A DNA stretch of 64,000 nucleotides from Octopus vulgaris (taxonomy: Eukaryota). The DNA is taken from NCBI GenBank assembly GCA_951406725.2, contig OX597821.1, positions 372,001 through 436,000 of the forward strand, in the 5' to 3' direction. Shown in pieces: positions 63,156 through 64,000 of the stretch. The translations under genes and the position numbers were made by a program. Within the stretch, counting starts at the first letter, position 1. The number at the start of each line of letters is the position of its first letter. A model generated the notes under the pieces. That model worked only from the letters and a program-made list of their open reading frames with translations, was not told where the DNA came from and searched no databases.

Positions 63156-64000
63156 CAAATATGTTATTCTTATTATAATTTATTCTCTAGCAATATATTA
63201 TTCTATCCATTACATGGTTTCACTATTTATCAATCCACCCTTAGGTATGTGTCTAGTTATCTGTCTATAGCCTTCTGTCAGTTAATCTAGTTATATTTGT
63301 CACTATAACATTCAATGTGTCTATGCATCGATTTGCATATATTTTTTTCTTATCTAACCAGTAATCTACCTATCTAGACACTGTTCTATCTATATTATAA
63401 AACAAGCCCAACAGAATTCCCTGGCAGACATTTGAACTCACAATGTACAAGTTGGTACCCACTTGTCTGTCCTACCTCTACTCATTGCTGTAAAGTTAAA
63501 CACATAATTCAGGTATGATGTATGTAGCAGAACTGTAAATGTATGTTGAAGGGGTATGCAAATGAGAGAGAAAAAATAATGAGTATCTCTCTGTGTGCAT
63601 TGGGGTTTTCTATTGTAGGAATTTGGTAAATATAGAAATATAGATCCAATAGCAAAAACCAACATATGTAAGTATGGAAATAAGAGCATCTTATAAGGAT
63701 CCAATTGATTTCTCAGATGGATTCAATAAATTAATAAATAGAAATTCAATAAATGAGTTAACTTGGATACAAAACTATATTGCATAGATTGGATTGAACA
63801 CATGTTGAATGGCTTTAGCATATGTACTACATGGATCTCATAAATGTATGAGCAGGCATCCAATAAATGTAGAAACAGGGATCCACTAAAATAGATGAAT
63901 AGGCATCTGGTGAATGTATGAGCAAGAATCTAATGTTTATATAGGGATCTGATAAATGTATGAATAGGTTTCTTTTAAAAGCAGTAGCATCAGTCTGATA

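Noticed and set aside
63830-63970. Degenerate repeats of about 23 bp (ggatc..ataaatgtatga..ag)
   Set aside because: An ordinary decayed minisatellite with no further structure.
1-64000. Most ORF-track entries (YIYIYI, CVCVCV, HTHTHT, IIIII, ERERER, LSLSLS runs)
   Set aside because: They are translations of stop-free microsatellites and SINE bodies, with no domain signatures or splice context.

Overview
This is AT-rich, microsatellite-saturated animal genomic DNA, not prokaryotic. The repeat landscape (tRNA-headed SINE families in (ATT)n/(TA)n tracts, RTE and CR1 LINE remnants, Penelope-like elements) looks like an octopod cephalopod; that assignment is an inference. The window lies inside one very large minus-strand gene for a CELF3-6/Bruno-3/UNC-75-type RNA-binding protein. 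Only two exons were found, both from RRM2: 45346-45474 (129 nt) and 37698-37777 (80 nt, absent from the ORF track). They splice in frame across a 7.6-kb intron. The rest appears intronic, and almost all ORF-track entries are microsatellite noise. The most notable non-genic signal is a recurrent class of (TA)n-flanked fold-back inserts (a long arm plus a shorter inverted arm) carrying type I hammerhead ribozyme motifs, the architecture of Penelope-like pLTR remnants. About ten hammerhead-like motifs were seen. One at 41138-41186 is intact and lies on the sense strand of the CELF pre-mRNA, between the two exons. One family joins a tRNA-derived Pol III head to a hammerhead. All calls were made by eye, without database searches.
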